Shown here: piece by piece, positions 25,748-34,847 of the stretch
Position numbering within the stretch: position 1 is the stretch's first letter
Layout: each line of letters begins with the position of its first letter
Sequence record: DRR723986_8021
Length of the DNA: 38,346 bases
Reading direction: 5' to 3' (one strand)
Position numbers and translations under genes: made by a program
Notes under the pieces: generated by a model
What the model saw: only the letters and a program-made list of their open reading frames with translations
What the model was told of the DNA's origin: nothing
Database searches by the model: none

Positions 25748-26944
25748 TTATACTTCCAGGCCAACTATCTCTGCGGTGCGTTTGAATCGGGTAATGATTT
25801 CATCAATTTGCGCGCTTGTATGCTGTGCGCAAACACTGATCCGCAGCAAGAACATACCGGCTGGAGTGGCTGGCGGTGCTGCCATATTGGCATAAACGCC
25901 TTCCTCTAGCAGCTGTTCCCAAAATTTCGTGCCAATCATGGCGTCAGGGAGGTGCACAGCAACAATGGGGCTTTCAGCCGTTTCTGTGCACATGGCAAAA
26001 CCTGCACTTTTCAGGCCAGCGTGCAGCTGGCGGGCATTTTCCCACAAGTGGGCACGGCGGTTGCCGCTGCGGCTAATCGCTTTTATCGAAGCGGTTGCAG
26101 ATGCCACCACACTTGGTGGCAGGCTTGCCGTAAAGATATAGGGGCGACTAACAAAGCGCAGCACATCAAACTTTGGGTGGTTGGAAACAGCAAATCCGCC
26201 CACTGTGCCCACAGACTTGGAAAAAGTGCCGACAATAAAGTCTGCCAAGTGCTCAACACCGAGTTCTTCGGCGATACCACGGCCATTTTCGCCGCAGAAA
26301 CCCATAGAGTGGGCTTCATCAACAAGTGTCATACAGCCATATTTCTTGGCAACTTCAAGAAGCTCTTTGAGCGGGGCGGCATCGCCGAGCATGGAATACA
26401 TGCCTTCAACCACAACAAGTTTACCAGCATCTGCTGGCAATCGCTTCAAGCGGCGCTCCATATGCTCAACATCATTGTGCTTAAACCGAACGATTGTGGC
26501 GTTGCCCATCGCACAGCCATCGTAAATAGACGCATGGCTGTCCGCATCAATGATGACAAAATCATCCTTGCCGCCAAGCGCAGATATTATGCCTAAATTT
26601 GCCTGATAGCCGGTTGAGAAGACCATGCATTCTTTCATGCCGTAAAAGTCTGCAATAGTTGCTTCCAAGGCTTTGTGCCCACCGTAGGTGCCGTTTAAAA
26701 CCCGCGAACCTGTTGTGCCGGTGCCAAAGTCATCCAGCGCTTTTTTTGCCGCTTCAATGGCATCCTCGTTAAAGGTCATGCCCATGTAGTTATTGGTGCC
26801 AGCCAGAATAGTGTGCCTGCCGCCAATAATGGCTTCAGTTTCGGAAATTACTTCCTCGATGACCACTTTGAAAGGGTCGGCTTTTCGGAACGGAAGCGAG
26901 GCTTTCAGGTTTACAACTGAATCAAATTTATCAAGTAAATCCAA
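25748..26944 (-). CDS. spt: Serine palmitoyltransferase (AOS family, PLP)
   Basis: 'GTNNYMGMTF', 'GTTGSRVLNGT', 'DSHASIYDG', 'DEAHSMG', 'GTFSKSVGTVGGF..SNHPKF..RPYIFTASLPPSVVA' closely match sphingomonad SPT. Start is likely TTG at 26944; the ORF track gives 26962. Confidence 0.93.
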   Translation of the reverse strand: MDLLDKFDSVVNLKASLPFRKADPFKVVIEEVISETEAIIGGRHTILAGTNNYMGMTFNEDAIEAAKKALDDFGTGTTGSRVLNGTYGGHKALEATIADFYGMKECMVFSTGYQANLGIISALGGKDDFVIIDADSHASIYDGCAMGNATIVRFKHNDVEHMERRLKRLPADAGKLVVVEGMYSMLGDAAPLKELLEVAKKYGCMTLVDEAHSMGFCGENGRGIAEELGVEHLADFIVGTFSKSVGTVGGFAVSNHPKFDVLRFVSRPYIFTASLPPSVVASATASIKAISRSGNRRAHLWENARQLHAGLKSAGFAMCTETAESPIVAVHLPDAMIGTKFWEQLLEEGVYANMAAPPATPAGMFLLRISVCAQHTSAQIDEIITRFKRTAEIVGLEV

Positions 26945-26948
26945 GGAA

Positions 26949-27194
26949 CTAGCCCTTTTCAACGATTGTTTCTACAGCATCTGCTACCTGGCCAATTGTC
27001 TCAAGGTCTGGCAACATGTTCAGAGGTAAAATAATATCAAAGTCATCTTCAATATCTGCAACCAAATCCATAACAGTCAGGCTGTCCAACTCAAGGTCAG
27101 CCGCGAAAGTTGTCGATTCAGTAAGCTCAACACCCTTTTTATTTAAAGGGCTGATCAAGCTGTAAATTGTATCTAAAGTTGCTGTCTTAGCCAT
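26949..27194 (-). CDS. Acyl carrier protein dedicated to sphingolipid synthesis
   Basis: 81 aa, acidic, phosphopantetheine site 'DLELDSLTVMD'; immediately upstream of spt. Confidence 0.93.
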   Translation of the reverse strand: MAKTATLDTIYSLISPLNKKGVELTESTTFAADLELDSLTVMDLVADIEDDFDIILPLNMLPDLETIGQVADAVETIVEKG

Positions 27195-27264
27195 TTTTTT
27201 CTACCTACCATACCAGCCCGATGGGGTGGTTACATACTTGTTCGTTATATCTATATGTGTTGGA

Positions 27265-28221
27265 TCATAAAAGATCATTTTTCCGGTACCATTCAATGGT
27301 ATCCAATAAACCGGCTTTAAGATCAAAATGTGGCGACCACTTTGCATGTTTGAACCGGCGTGGCTCTTTCACTGTCCAATCGGGGTGACAGAGATATTTC
27401 GCAGTGGATAAAGTGAGCATTGCTGGGCGATTTATTGCTTTGGCCACTAAGCCGTTAATCGCGCCAATACTGCCAAGTAACGGGAAAGGCACGGGAATGG
27501 CCTTTGCACTCTTGGTCGCGCCGTCGGGCAAGGCCTTTGCGACATCTTTAACCGTATAGCCACCTGCCAAGCCATCATCTATTTCAACGATGGCCTGACC
27601 ATTGCTTTTGTCACACAAAACAACAAGCGCATTGGCCAGATCGCTGGCATGAATCATGGAAAATCTGTTCTTCGTGCCGCCGGGGGCAGGCAAAATGCCG
27701 AACTTTGTGGCTTTTAAAAGTTTCAAAATCTCTTTGTCGCCGGGGCCGTATATGGCCGGGGGTCTGACTATTGTCCAGCTGAACGGCCATTTTCTTGCTG
27801 TTAGTAAAAGTTCTGAGCCGGCCTTGCTAGCGCCGTAATGCGACAGCCTAGGCTCACGGGCAGACAGGCTGGAAACATGAATAACATGGGAAACACCCGC
27901 CGTTTGGGCGGCTTTGAACAAAGATTTGCTGCCACCGACGTTAATATCGAAAAACGCATCTCGGCTTAATGCTTTGGTTAGCCCAGCTAAATGCAACAAG
28001 ACATCACAGCCTTCAACAAGCTTTTGCAGGCTAGCTTCATCGGTTAATGAACCCTCAATCCAGTCGATTGTATCTGTGCTTTTCTTTGGGGTGCGTGTTA
28101 GGGCCTTTATGCTATATCCACCGGCTTCAAGGGCGCGCAAAACATGGCCACCGAGAAAACCGGTTGCCCCGGTCAATGCTACTTTTTGACCGTGTCTAGA
28201 TTTTACAGTTTTTGATGGCAT
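27265..28221 (-). CDS. cerR: Extended SDR (NAD-dependent epimerase/dehydratase fold), likely ceramide reductase
   Basis: 'TGATGFLG', 'HVSSL', 'YGASK' (YxxxK), 'VRPPAIYGPGD'; lies between acyl-ACP synthetase and acp-spt, as in Caulobacter. Confidence 0.8.
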   Translation of the reverse strand: MPSKTVKSRHGQKVALTGATGFLGGHVLRALEAGGYSIKALTRTPKKSTDTIDWIEGSLTDEASLQKLVEGCDVLLHLAGLTKALSRDAFFDINVGGSKSLFKAAQTAGVSHVIHVSSLSAREPRLSHYGASKAGSELLLTARKWPFSWTIVRPPAIYGPGDKEILKLLKATKFGILPAPGGTKNRFSMIHASDLANALVVLCDKSNGQAIVEIDDGLAGGYTVKDVAKALPDGATKSAKAIPVPFPLLGSIGAINGLVAKAINRPAMLTLSTAKYLCHPDWTVKEPRRFKHAKWSPHFDLKAGLLDTIEWYRKNDLL

Positions 28222-28235
28222 GACGTGCCTCTAGA

Positions 28236-29984
28236 TTAACTGGCAATCGCCTGTAGGTTGCCTGTTAAATATTCATTACGGGCTTTTGTACGACTAAGTT
28301 TACCGGAAGATGTGCGCGGCAAAGACTTTGGCGGCACCAGCTCAACCATACAGTTTATGCCAGTTTCAGACTGAATTTGCTTTTTCAGTGCGTCTACCAA
28401 CTGCATTCGTTCACTGTCACCAGAAATACGGCATTGCGCCAATATCATCGGAATTTCTTCTGCATTATCACCAGGAATAGAAATTGCGGCAACATCACCT
28501 TTTTTAAGGCCTTCCACTTGTTCTGCAGCCCATTCAATGTCCTGCGGCCAATGGTTGCGGCCATTCACAATAATCATGTCTTTGGCACGGCCCACAATAT
28601 ATATGCAGCGGTCTTTCATGTAACCCATATCGCCAGTATCGAGCCAGCCTTCTGGGCTTAAAACCTCGCGCGTGGTCTCTGGGTCATTGAAGTACTCGCG
28701 CATAACAGATGTACCGCGCAAATAAACCCGTCCAACTTGACGGTCTGCCAGCGGGGTGTCGCCTTCGTCGCGAATTTCTATTTCGTATTCAGGTAGGAGC
28801 TTGCCGCAGTTCACAACTTCCCGCATGCGGTTGTCGTCAGAGCCCTTAACAAGCATCTGGCGGTCACCGGTAAGGGCAGCTTCTTCGATAAGGTCAATTT
28901 CAATGCCGTTGCCCACGGTGCCAAAGCTTACACCGAGTGTACATTCAGCTAGGCCATAGCTTGGTAAAAAAGCTTTATCGGAAAAACCGATCTGCCCAAA
29001 AGTGTCGTGAAATTCTTTCATAACCTCGGGGCGGATCATTTCAGCACCAATGCCGGCAACTCTAACGGCGCTAAGATCCAAGCCTTCCATGGCACTGGCG
29101 CGCATAGCAGCGCGGCGCGTGCAAATATCAAAACCAAATGTAGGGCTGTAGGTTATTGTGCCTTTGGTTGCACTCAAAACCCGCAGCCAACTCATGGGGC
29201 GCCTTGCAAATTCTTCGGTCGGGATAAAATCAACCGACAACTGACAAGTGAGTGAGGTTAGCAGGGTGCCAACTAAACCCATATCGTGATAAAATGGTAA
29301 CCAGGAAACGCAGCGGTCCGTGTCCACGAGAGGAACACCGTGAAAGCCCATACCGTGAGTATTGGCTAATAGTGATCGATGAGTAACCGAAACGCCGTGT
29401 GGGAACCGTGTGCTACCCGATGAATATTGTAGGTAAGCTAGGTCGTCCGGTGTTGGCAGGTTTGGCTCACCTTCGCCTTCAGCATTAAGGTAAGCGTCAA
29501 TGTCACCGCAAAATGTTAAATCAAGTTCTTTGGTGGCATCTGCCACTATTTCGTCCATGAACGCAGGTGCCATTAGGCCGTTGGCTTTGCAGCTTTGCAT
29601 TTGCATTGTCAGCTGAGAAACATAGCCCTCTTTACCACCAAATGACGTTGGTAGAGGGAGTGGCACAGGCAGGACACTAGCGTATTGGCAGCCAACAAAG
29701 AAACATACGAAGTTTGCACTGGATTCTGCAATCAAGGCAACACGGTCGCCTCTTTGAAAGCCCATACCGACAAGTTTACGGCCAATAACTTCGGCGCGGT
29801 CACGAATTTGTTTCCAGGTAATGCTTTCGCTAACGTCGCCGCGCGCATTGAAAAAGTTAACACCGCGCTGGCCTTTGGCAGCATATTCTATTGCTTCAAT
29901 AAGGGTTTCAAAGTCTGAAAATCGGCGCTCCAACGACGGATCAAGCGTTGGCGTGACTTCCATCTGCGCGTTTGTATCGACCAT
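28236..29984 (-). CDS. Fatty acyl-AMP ligase / acyl-ACP synthetase loading the sphingolipid ACP
   Basis: 'AYLQYSSGSTRFPHGV', 'SWLPFYHDMGLVG', 'PSYGLAECTL', 'WLDTGDMGY', 'GRAKDMII..GRNHWPQDIE', 'LPRTSSGKLSR'. Confidence 0.92.
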   Translation of the reverse strand: MVDTNAQMEVTPTLDPSLERRFSDFETLIEAIEYAAKGQRGVNFFNARGDVSESITWKQIRDRAEVIGRKLVGMGFQRGDRVALIAESSANFVCFFVGCQYASVLPVPLPLPTSFGGKEGYVSQLTMQMQSCKANGLMAPAFMDEIVADATKELDLTFCGDIDAYLNAEGEGEPNLPTPDDLAYLQYSSGSTRFPHGVSVTHRSLLANTHGMGFHGVPLVDTDRCVSWLPFYHDMGLVGTLLTSLTCQLSVDFIPTEEFARRPMSWLRVLSATKGTITYSPTFGFDICTRRAAMRASAMEGLDLSAVRVAGIGAEMIRPEVMKEFHDTFGQIGFSDKAFLPSYGLAECTLGVSFGTVGNGIEIDLIEEAALTGDRQMLVKGSDDNRMREVVNCGKLLPEYEIEIRDEGDTPLADRQVGRVYLRGTSVMREYFNDPETTREVLSPEGWLDTGDMGYMKDRCIYIVGRAKDMIIVNGRNHWPQDIEWAAEQVEGLKKGDVAAISIPGDNAEEIPMILAQCRISGDSERMQLVDALKKQIQSETGINCMVELVPPKSLPRTSSGKLSRTKARNEYLTGNLQAIAS

Positions 29985-30252
29985 ATCTACCCCAGGGCTG
30001 TTAACGAACCAGCCTTAAAAAACAACACAGCAACAACGATTTATAGCATCATTGTTTAAAAAAACTACACAAAAAATGCGTTACCCTGAGCCGAATAAAC
30101 CATGCTATTAGCTCACAAACCACAGTTTACAAATGGTTGGCCGCACTTGAAATTATTACGGCTGAGTTACAGTCTGTTATGGTACTTCGCAAGATAATTT
30201 TGCGGCTCAGCAAGACCGGTTAAGGCAATTAGATTAGGAATACGGCTAAAAA

Positions 30253-31449
30253 ATGACCATGAATGCCTCAGGACTGTCCCCTAAAACCATAGCGCAAGTT
30301 CGAATGCAAACTCCCGGCCTAGGGGGCCGTATCCATTTGGATAACAGCGGTTCGGCTCTAATGGCCCAGTCGGTCATTGATGTAATGCAGCATGCATTTG
30401 AGCGTGAAATAGCTGTTGGTGGCTATGTTGCACAGGCGCAACAGGCATCCGCTATGGACGCAGGTTATGCATCATTAGCTGCTTTGCTTGGTGGGAAAGT
30501 TGATGACTATGCTTTTGTGGGCAGTGCCGTTGATGGTTGGACCAAAGCATTTTATAGTCTGCCCTTGACGGCAGGTGATAATATTGTCACCGCCTATAAT
30601 GAATATTGTTCGAACTATATCGCCTATCTCCAGTTACAAAAAAATCGCAACGTTGAAATACGTGTCGCGAGGCAAGCCGCTGAGGGCGGCGTTGACCTTG
30701 AGCACCTTCAATCGCTTATCGATAATCGTACTGCCTTAATCAGTTTGAGCCATATGCCTGCGTCCAGCGGCGAGATTAACCCTGTTGAAAAAGTTGGAAA
30801 AATTGCAAAATCTGCGGATGTTTTGTTTCAGTTGGATGCCTGTCAGTCTACGGGGCATGTACCAGTAAATGTTGATCTGATTGGCTGTGACATAATGACA
30901 GGTACATCACGAAAGTTTTTGCGTGGTCCGCGCGGTATCGGCTTTTTATATGTAAATGCAAAAGCCCGTACAGTGATGGAGCCAGTTGTTTTGACCAATC
31001 AATCTGCAGAGTGGTCCGGCGCTGATAGTTATTCTCTCCGTCAAGATGCCCGTGTATTTGAAGCCTGGGAGCGCAGCGTTATCAACCAACTAGGTTTTGC
31101 CGCAGCGATCGACTATCTCCTTGAATTGGGTGTTGATGCGGCAACAGCGCAAATATCTATAAATGCGACGTATTTGCGATCTCGTTTGTCTGACCTGAAA
31201 AATGTTTACGTGGAATGCCCCAAAGGCTCATCATCAGCTATTATTACACTTAACGTGAGCGGTTCCAAACCGGAAGAGGTGAAAGCGGCGCTTGAAAAGC
31301 AAAATATAGCCGTTCAGACAGCGAGCGTTGTGCACACACGCTTGGACTTAGAAGCACGCGGCATTGTATCAGCGGTGCGCGTTTCTCCGCATTATTATAC
31401 CAATCAAGAAGATATGGATGCTTTGTTAGAAGCACTGGAGGCGCTGTAA
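30253..31449 (+). CDS. Class V aminotransferase-fold PLP enzyme (cysteine desulfurase-like, lacking the persulfide Cys)
   Basis: 'IHLDNSGSALM', 'LDACQSTGH', 'TSRKFLRGPRGIGFLYV' (PLP Lys), 'VRVSPHYYT'. Confidence 0.88.
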   Translation: MTMNASGLSPKTIAQVRMQTPGLGGRIHLDNSGSALMAQSVIDVMQHAFEREIAVGGYVAQAQQASAMDAGYASLAALLGGKVDDYAFVGSAVDGWTKAFYSLPLTAGDNIVTAYNEYCSNYIAYLQLQKNRNVEIRVARQAAEGGVDLEHLQSLIDNRTALISLSHMPASSGEINPVEKVGKIAKSADVLFQLDACQSTGHVPVNVDLIGCDIMTGTSRKFLRGPRGIGFLYVNAKARTVMEPVVLTNQSAEWSGADSYSLRQDARVFEAWERSVINQLGFAAAIDYLLELGVDAATAQISINATYLRSRLSDLKNVYVECPKGSSSAIITLNVSGSKPEEVKAALEKQNIAVQTASVVHTRLDLEARGIVSAVRVSPHYYTNQEDMDALLEALEAL

Positions 31450-31450
31450 C

Positions 31451-32068
31451 GTGAGTGACGGCGAAGATATCAATGGGGGCAATCGTCAAAATCGCTCGCG
31501 GAAGAAACGCGCAATGCCAAAAAAAGTGTCTGCAGCTTACCTGGAGCGTGCAGCAATCCATTATTTAGGTCGGTTTAATAGTTCTGAGAAAAACCTAAAG
31601 GACGTGCTTGAACGCAAAGTTCGGCGCAGAAATGAAAACCATGCCGCAGCCACCGAAGAGCAAAAGGGTTGGATTGACGAAGTTGTTAAGAAATGTGTTC
31701 GCTATGAATATGTGGATGACAATAGTTATGCGGCACAAAGAGCGGAAATGTTACTAAGGCGCGGCAAGCCTGTACGCATGATTAAACAGGATTTGCGGCA
31801 TAAGGGCATCTCGGCAGAGATATCATTGCGCGTATTATCTGAACTGGAAGGCGAAGAGCCAGGTGTTGTCGATCGCCGAGCCGCTGCAGCCTATATAAAA
31901 CGGCGGCGATTTGGGCCTTTTCGGCGCATCGTTACTGCTGACAATGATCAGCAAGAGGCAAAAAAGCAAAAAGAGCTGGCTTCTATGGCAAGGGCAGGGT
32001 TTGCCTATGTTCTCTCGAGCGAAATGCTGAATTTGACTTCAGATGAGATCATTGATCTTTTGGCGTGA
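31451..32068 (+). CDS. recX: Regulatory protein RecX
   Basis: 'LERAAIHYLGRFNSSE..L..VLERK', 'YVDDNSYA', 'IKQDLRHKGI', 'KRRRFGPFR', 'LASMARAGF'. Confidence 0.88.
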   Translation: MSDGEDINGGNRQNRSRKKRAMPKKVSAAYLERAAIHYLGRFNSSEKNLKDVLERKVRRRNENHAAATEEQKGWIDEVVKKCVRYEYVDDNSYAAQRAEMLLRRGKPVRMIKQDLRHKGISAEISLRVLSELEGEEPGVVDRRAAAAYIKRRRFGPFRRIVTADNDQQEAKKQKELASMARAGFAYVLSSEMLNLTSDEIIDLLA

Positions 32069-33653
32069 CGCCGAACTGTGCCAACATTTCTGGTGTGTCC
32101 AAGTCTATTAGAATGCCAGCGTCGTCAACCTGCACTTCAATGACTTTTTCAGGGTTGTTACTAATGATCTGCTTGCCGCCTGTATCACCTCGCAACCGTT
32201 TCAGGTCATCAAAAAATGTTTTGGGCCATAACACCGGGTGGCCGCGTTTTCCATGAAAAGTAGGAACAAAAATGGCAGCACCGTTGGTTTCTGACGCAGC
32301 CTTTAACAATTGTTCAAGAGTTGATGATTGGACAAAAGGCATGTCACCCAAGCAGACAAAGGCAAAGTCAACGGTTTCACCTAACGATGCAATACCAACC
32401 GCGAGGCTGGTGCCCATGCCTTGTTCATAAGCTGGGTTATGAACGCAAGCGGCGATTTTGGTAGATAGACAAGCATCAATTTCATCTGCTTTGTGACCTG
32501 TAACCACTGTAATTTTCAGGTCTTCAACTCGTGTTAGGTTATCTAGCGTTGTGGCGATGACGGTCTTGTCGCCTAGCGTTGACAATAATTTATGAATGTT
32601 TTTGGCGCGGGATGACTTTCCTGCTGCCAAGACGACGGCTGCAGCCGTTACTGTTTTTGACAAGCCGCGCCGGGCAGACTTATCAGTCCTAGGTATTTTT
32701 CTACCTGCAGGTTCTTTCAAAAGCCCGCCGGTCCCCATTCTTGTGAGTGTTTGTGCGTCTAATGGTTCATTGGCGGCGAAACGCTCTAAAACCCAATCAA
32801 ACCCATTTAATGCTGGCGAGCGCGCGCAGCCGGGCAGGCCGATAACGGTTTTGTCGCCCAACGTTCCCAGCATAAGCAGGTTGCCGGGGTCAGCAGGCAT
32901 GCCAAGTTTGACCAATTTGCCGCCACTAGAGACCAATGCTGCCGGGAAAATATCTCTCTTGTCACTGATCGCGGATGCGCCCAACATCAAGATAAGGTCT
33001 GCCACACCAGTTTTTGCGCTCTCTAGCACGGCTGTGACAGCCTTTTCACAGTGTATAATTGGTTTTTGTATTTGTAGGTGTCCACTTACTTGCTCCACCC
33101 GATTCGTCAGGCTAGCGATAGTTTTTTTTGAGGGTGCTTCTCCCGTAATTAGAAGGCTCGCAGTAAATTTCCGAAAGGGCTTTACAGTCATTAAAACCGC
33201 CAAATGTGGAATTTCATTAAGCTTGGCTGCGGGAAGGCCGTACGGAACAAGTTTAATTGTCGCCACCAATTGTCCGGTTCTGACCGGTATGTGTGAGGCC
33301 AGCGAAGCGGCGGAGAACGCATCATCGGTTGCATTGACAGCATCTATGCCTTTTCCAGGAACGAACAAACCGTTGCAAGCGGAAATGATGTTAGCGCGGC
33401 CTTTACCAGCGAGCTCAATGTATAAGCCTGACCCCGTAATTTTTTCTGCTGCATGCTGTGCGGCCGTATCTTCATCAACATCATTGTCCTCCAACAGAAA
33501 AACTTGAGCTTTGTTTATACCGTTGTTGGAGAGGTTTTTGATGAGAGCTGAGGTTAAAACCGTGCCTTTTGCCAGGCGCTTTGGACCACACATAACACTG
33601 TGGGCTAGGGCCCAGCCGTCAGAGTTGGCAATGGGGCGTTTTTCAAACTTCAC
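32049..33653 (-). CDS. Fusion of a MoeA-like molybdopterin-binding domain and a MocA/MobA-like NTP transferase
   Basis: N-part 'GRANI', 'VATIKLVPY', 'GMPADPGNLL', 'GLPGCARSPALNGFDWVL'; C-part 'VVLAAGKSSR', 'LGDMPFV', 'GHPVLW', 'GDTGGK', 'DLDTPE'. Confidence 0.88.
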   Translation of the reverse strand: MKFEKRPIANSDGWALAHSVMCGPKRLAKGTVLTSALIKNLSNNGINKAQVFLLEDNDVDEDTAAQHAAEKITGSGLYIELAGKGRANIISACNGLFVPGKGIDAVNATDDAFSAASLASHIPVRTGQLVATIKLVPYGLPAAKLNEIPHLAVLMTVKPFRKFTASLLITGEAPSKKTIASLTNRVEQVSGHLQIQKPIIHCEKAVTAVLESAKTGVADLILMLGASAISDKRDIFPAALVSSGGKLVKLGMPADPGNLLMLGTLGDKTVIGLPGCARSPALNGFDWVLERFAANEPLDAQTLTRMGTGGLLKEPAGRKIPRTDKSARRGLSKTVTAAAVVLAAGKSSRAKNIHKLLSTLGDKTVIATTLDNLTRVEDLKITVVTGHKADEIDACLSTKIAACVHNPAYEQGMGTSLAVGIASLGETVDFAFVCLGDMPFVQSSTLEQLLKAASETNGAAIFVPTFHGKRGHPVLWPKTFFDDLKRLRGDTGGKQIISNNPEKVIEVQVDDAGILIDLDTPEMLAQFGVTPKDQ

Positions 33654-34606
33654 GATGTTTGCCTTGCGACCTGTATGATTTCGGCCAAAATGGATGCCGC
33701 GATTTCTGCCGGTGTTGCCGACCCGATATCAAGCCCTACAGGTGCGCTAATTTTCCCAATCTGTTGTTCGCTGATACCAGCCTGTTTTAGCCGCTCGATG
33801 CGAGATCTATGTGTTTTTTTGCTGCCTAAACAACCAATATAAAAGGCGTTAGAGTTCAGGGTGTGCTCAAGCGCTGCATCGTCCAGCTTTGGGTCGTGAG
33901 TTAGGGTGACAACAGCGGTTGTGGCGTCCGGCGCGTGGTTGCGGAAGAAATCATCTGGCCAGTCGGAGAACAGCTCGGCCTCGCCGAAGCTACGGCTTTC
34001 TGCAAAAGCACTACGTGGGTCAATGATCCGCACCTGAAAGCTGCACTCTGCCGCCATTACAGCTAAATGCTGGGCGATATGCACCGCACCAACAATATCA
34101 AGCTGAACAGGCGCGATGAAAGGAACAATGAAACTGTCATCGCTAAAGGTAGGTATTGCCTTGCCACTGCCGGTATCACTGGGTGAAACTTTTATGGGGC
34201 CATCACTTAATGGCAGGAACAGTGTGACTGCGTTTCTAGTGCTCATGCTTTCGCAGAGGTTATTGATCACTGGTAAGTCATGCGCGGACAGGCAGAAGAG
34301 GAAAATCTCAATTTCACCGCCACAAGCCAGACCCACTTCCCAAGCTTGTTCCGAGGCAACTGAAAATTCCAGTGTTTTATGGGCATGCGGCGCACGGGTT
34401 AATGCCATCAGGCTTGTTGCTTCGCCAATAACGGAACCCTCCACACAGCCACCGGAAACGGAGCCTTCAAAAACGCCGTCTTCCCTGACAACCATAATAC
34501 TGCCGGCACGCCGCGGCGCTGACCCCCATGTTTTGGCAACCACTGCAATAACCGCCTGACTGCCTTCGCTAAGCCAGTTTCGGAGTATGGATATTTCTTT
34601 ATTCAT
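33650..34606 (-). CDS. xdhC: XdhC/CoxF-family molybdoenzyme maturation factor
   Basis: 'TWGSAPRRAG', 'GSVSGGCVEG', 'GLACGG', 'VGAVHIAQ', 'LTHDPKLDD', 'YIGCLGS', 'APVGLDIG..TPAEIA'. Confidence 0.92.
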   Translation of the reverse strand: MNKEISILRNWLSEGSQAVIAVVAKTWGSAPRRAGSIMVVREDGVFEGSVSGGCVEGSVIGEATSLMALTRAPHAHKTLEFSVASEQAWEVGLACGGEIEIFLFCLSAHDLPVINNLCESMSTRNAVTLFLPLSDGPIKVSPSDTGSGKAIPTFSDDSFIVPFIAPVQLDIVGAVHIAQHLAVMAAECSFQVRIIDPRSAFAESRSFGEAELFSDWPDDFFRNHAPDATTAVVTLTHDPKLDDAALEHTLNSNAFYIGCLGSKKTHRSRIERLKQAGISEQQIGKISAPVGLDIGSATPAEIAASILAEIIQVARQTS

Positions 34607-34847
34607 TCAGCCCCATCGTGCGTTGGTTGAGGTTTGCCTACAATGCTTTAGGTAACATCAGCAACAATAGACCTTAGGAATTTTTCGACAAGTCGAATGA
34701 TATGATTGGACCAATGAATGATTTTGCAATCTGCTAGAATTTGGAATCTAATTCTGGTTGGTGGGTTCATTCGCTTGATTTGGGGCGGCGCGCTCGCTAG
34801 AAGCAGAAGGCAGCTATTTGATAGCTAATCTGTTTAAGGGGATAAAC

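Noticed and set aside
25748-26962. Alternative annotation as BioF or Kbl
   Set aside because: The sequence around the PLP lysine matches sphingomonad Spt, and the neighbours (ACP, acyl-ACP synthetase, SDR, bCerS) fit sphingolipid rather than biotin or threonine metabolism.
27212-27230. Small imperfect hairpin between cerR and acp
   Set aside because: Short, mismatched and without a U tract; not distinguishable from chance.
26949-29984. Possible NRPS/PKS lipopeptide starter module (FAAL plus ACP)
   Set aside because: No ketosynthase, condensation or thioesterase module adjacent; explained by acyl supply to Spt.
32596-33507. 303-aa plus-strand ORF
   Set aside because: Entirely antisense to the MoeA/MocA-like fusion; composition typical of a reverse-frame shadow.
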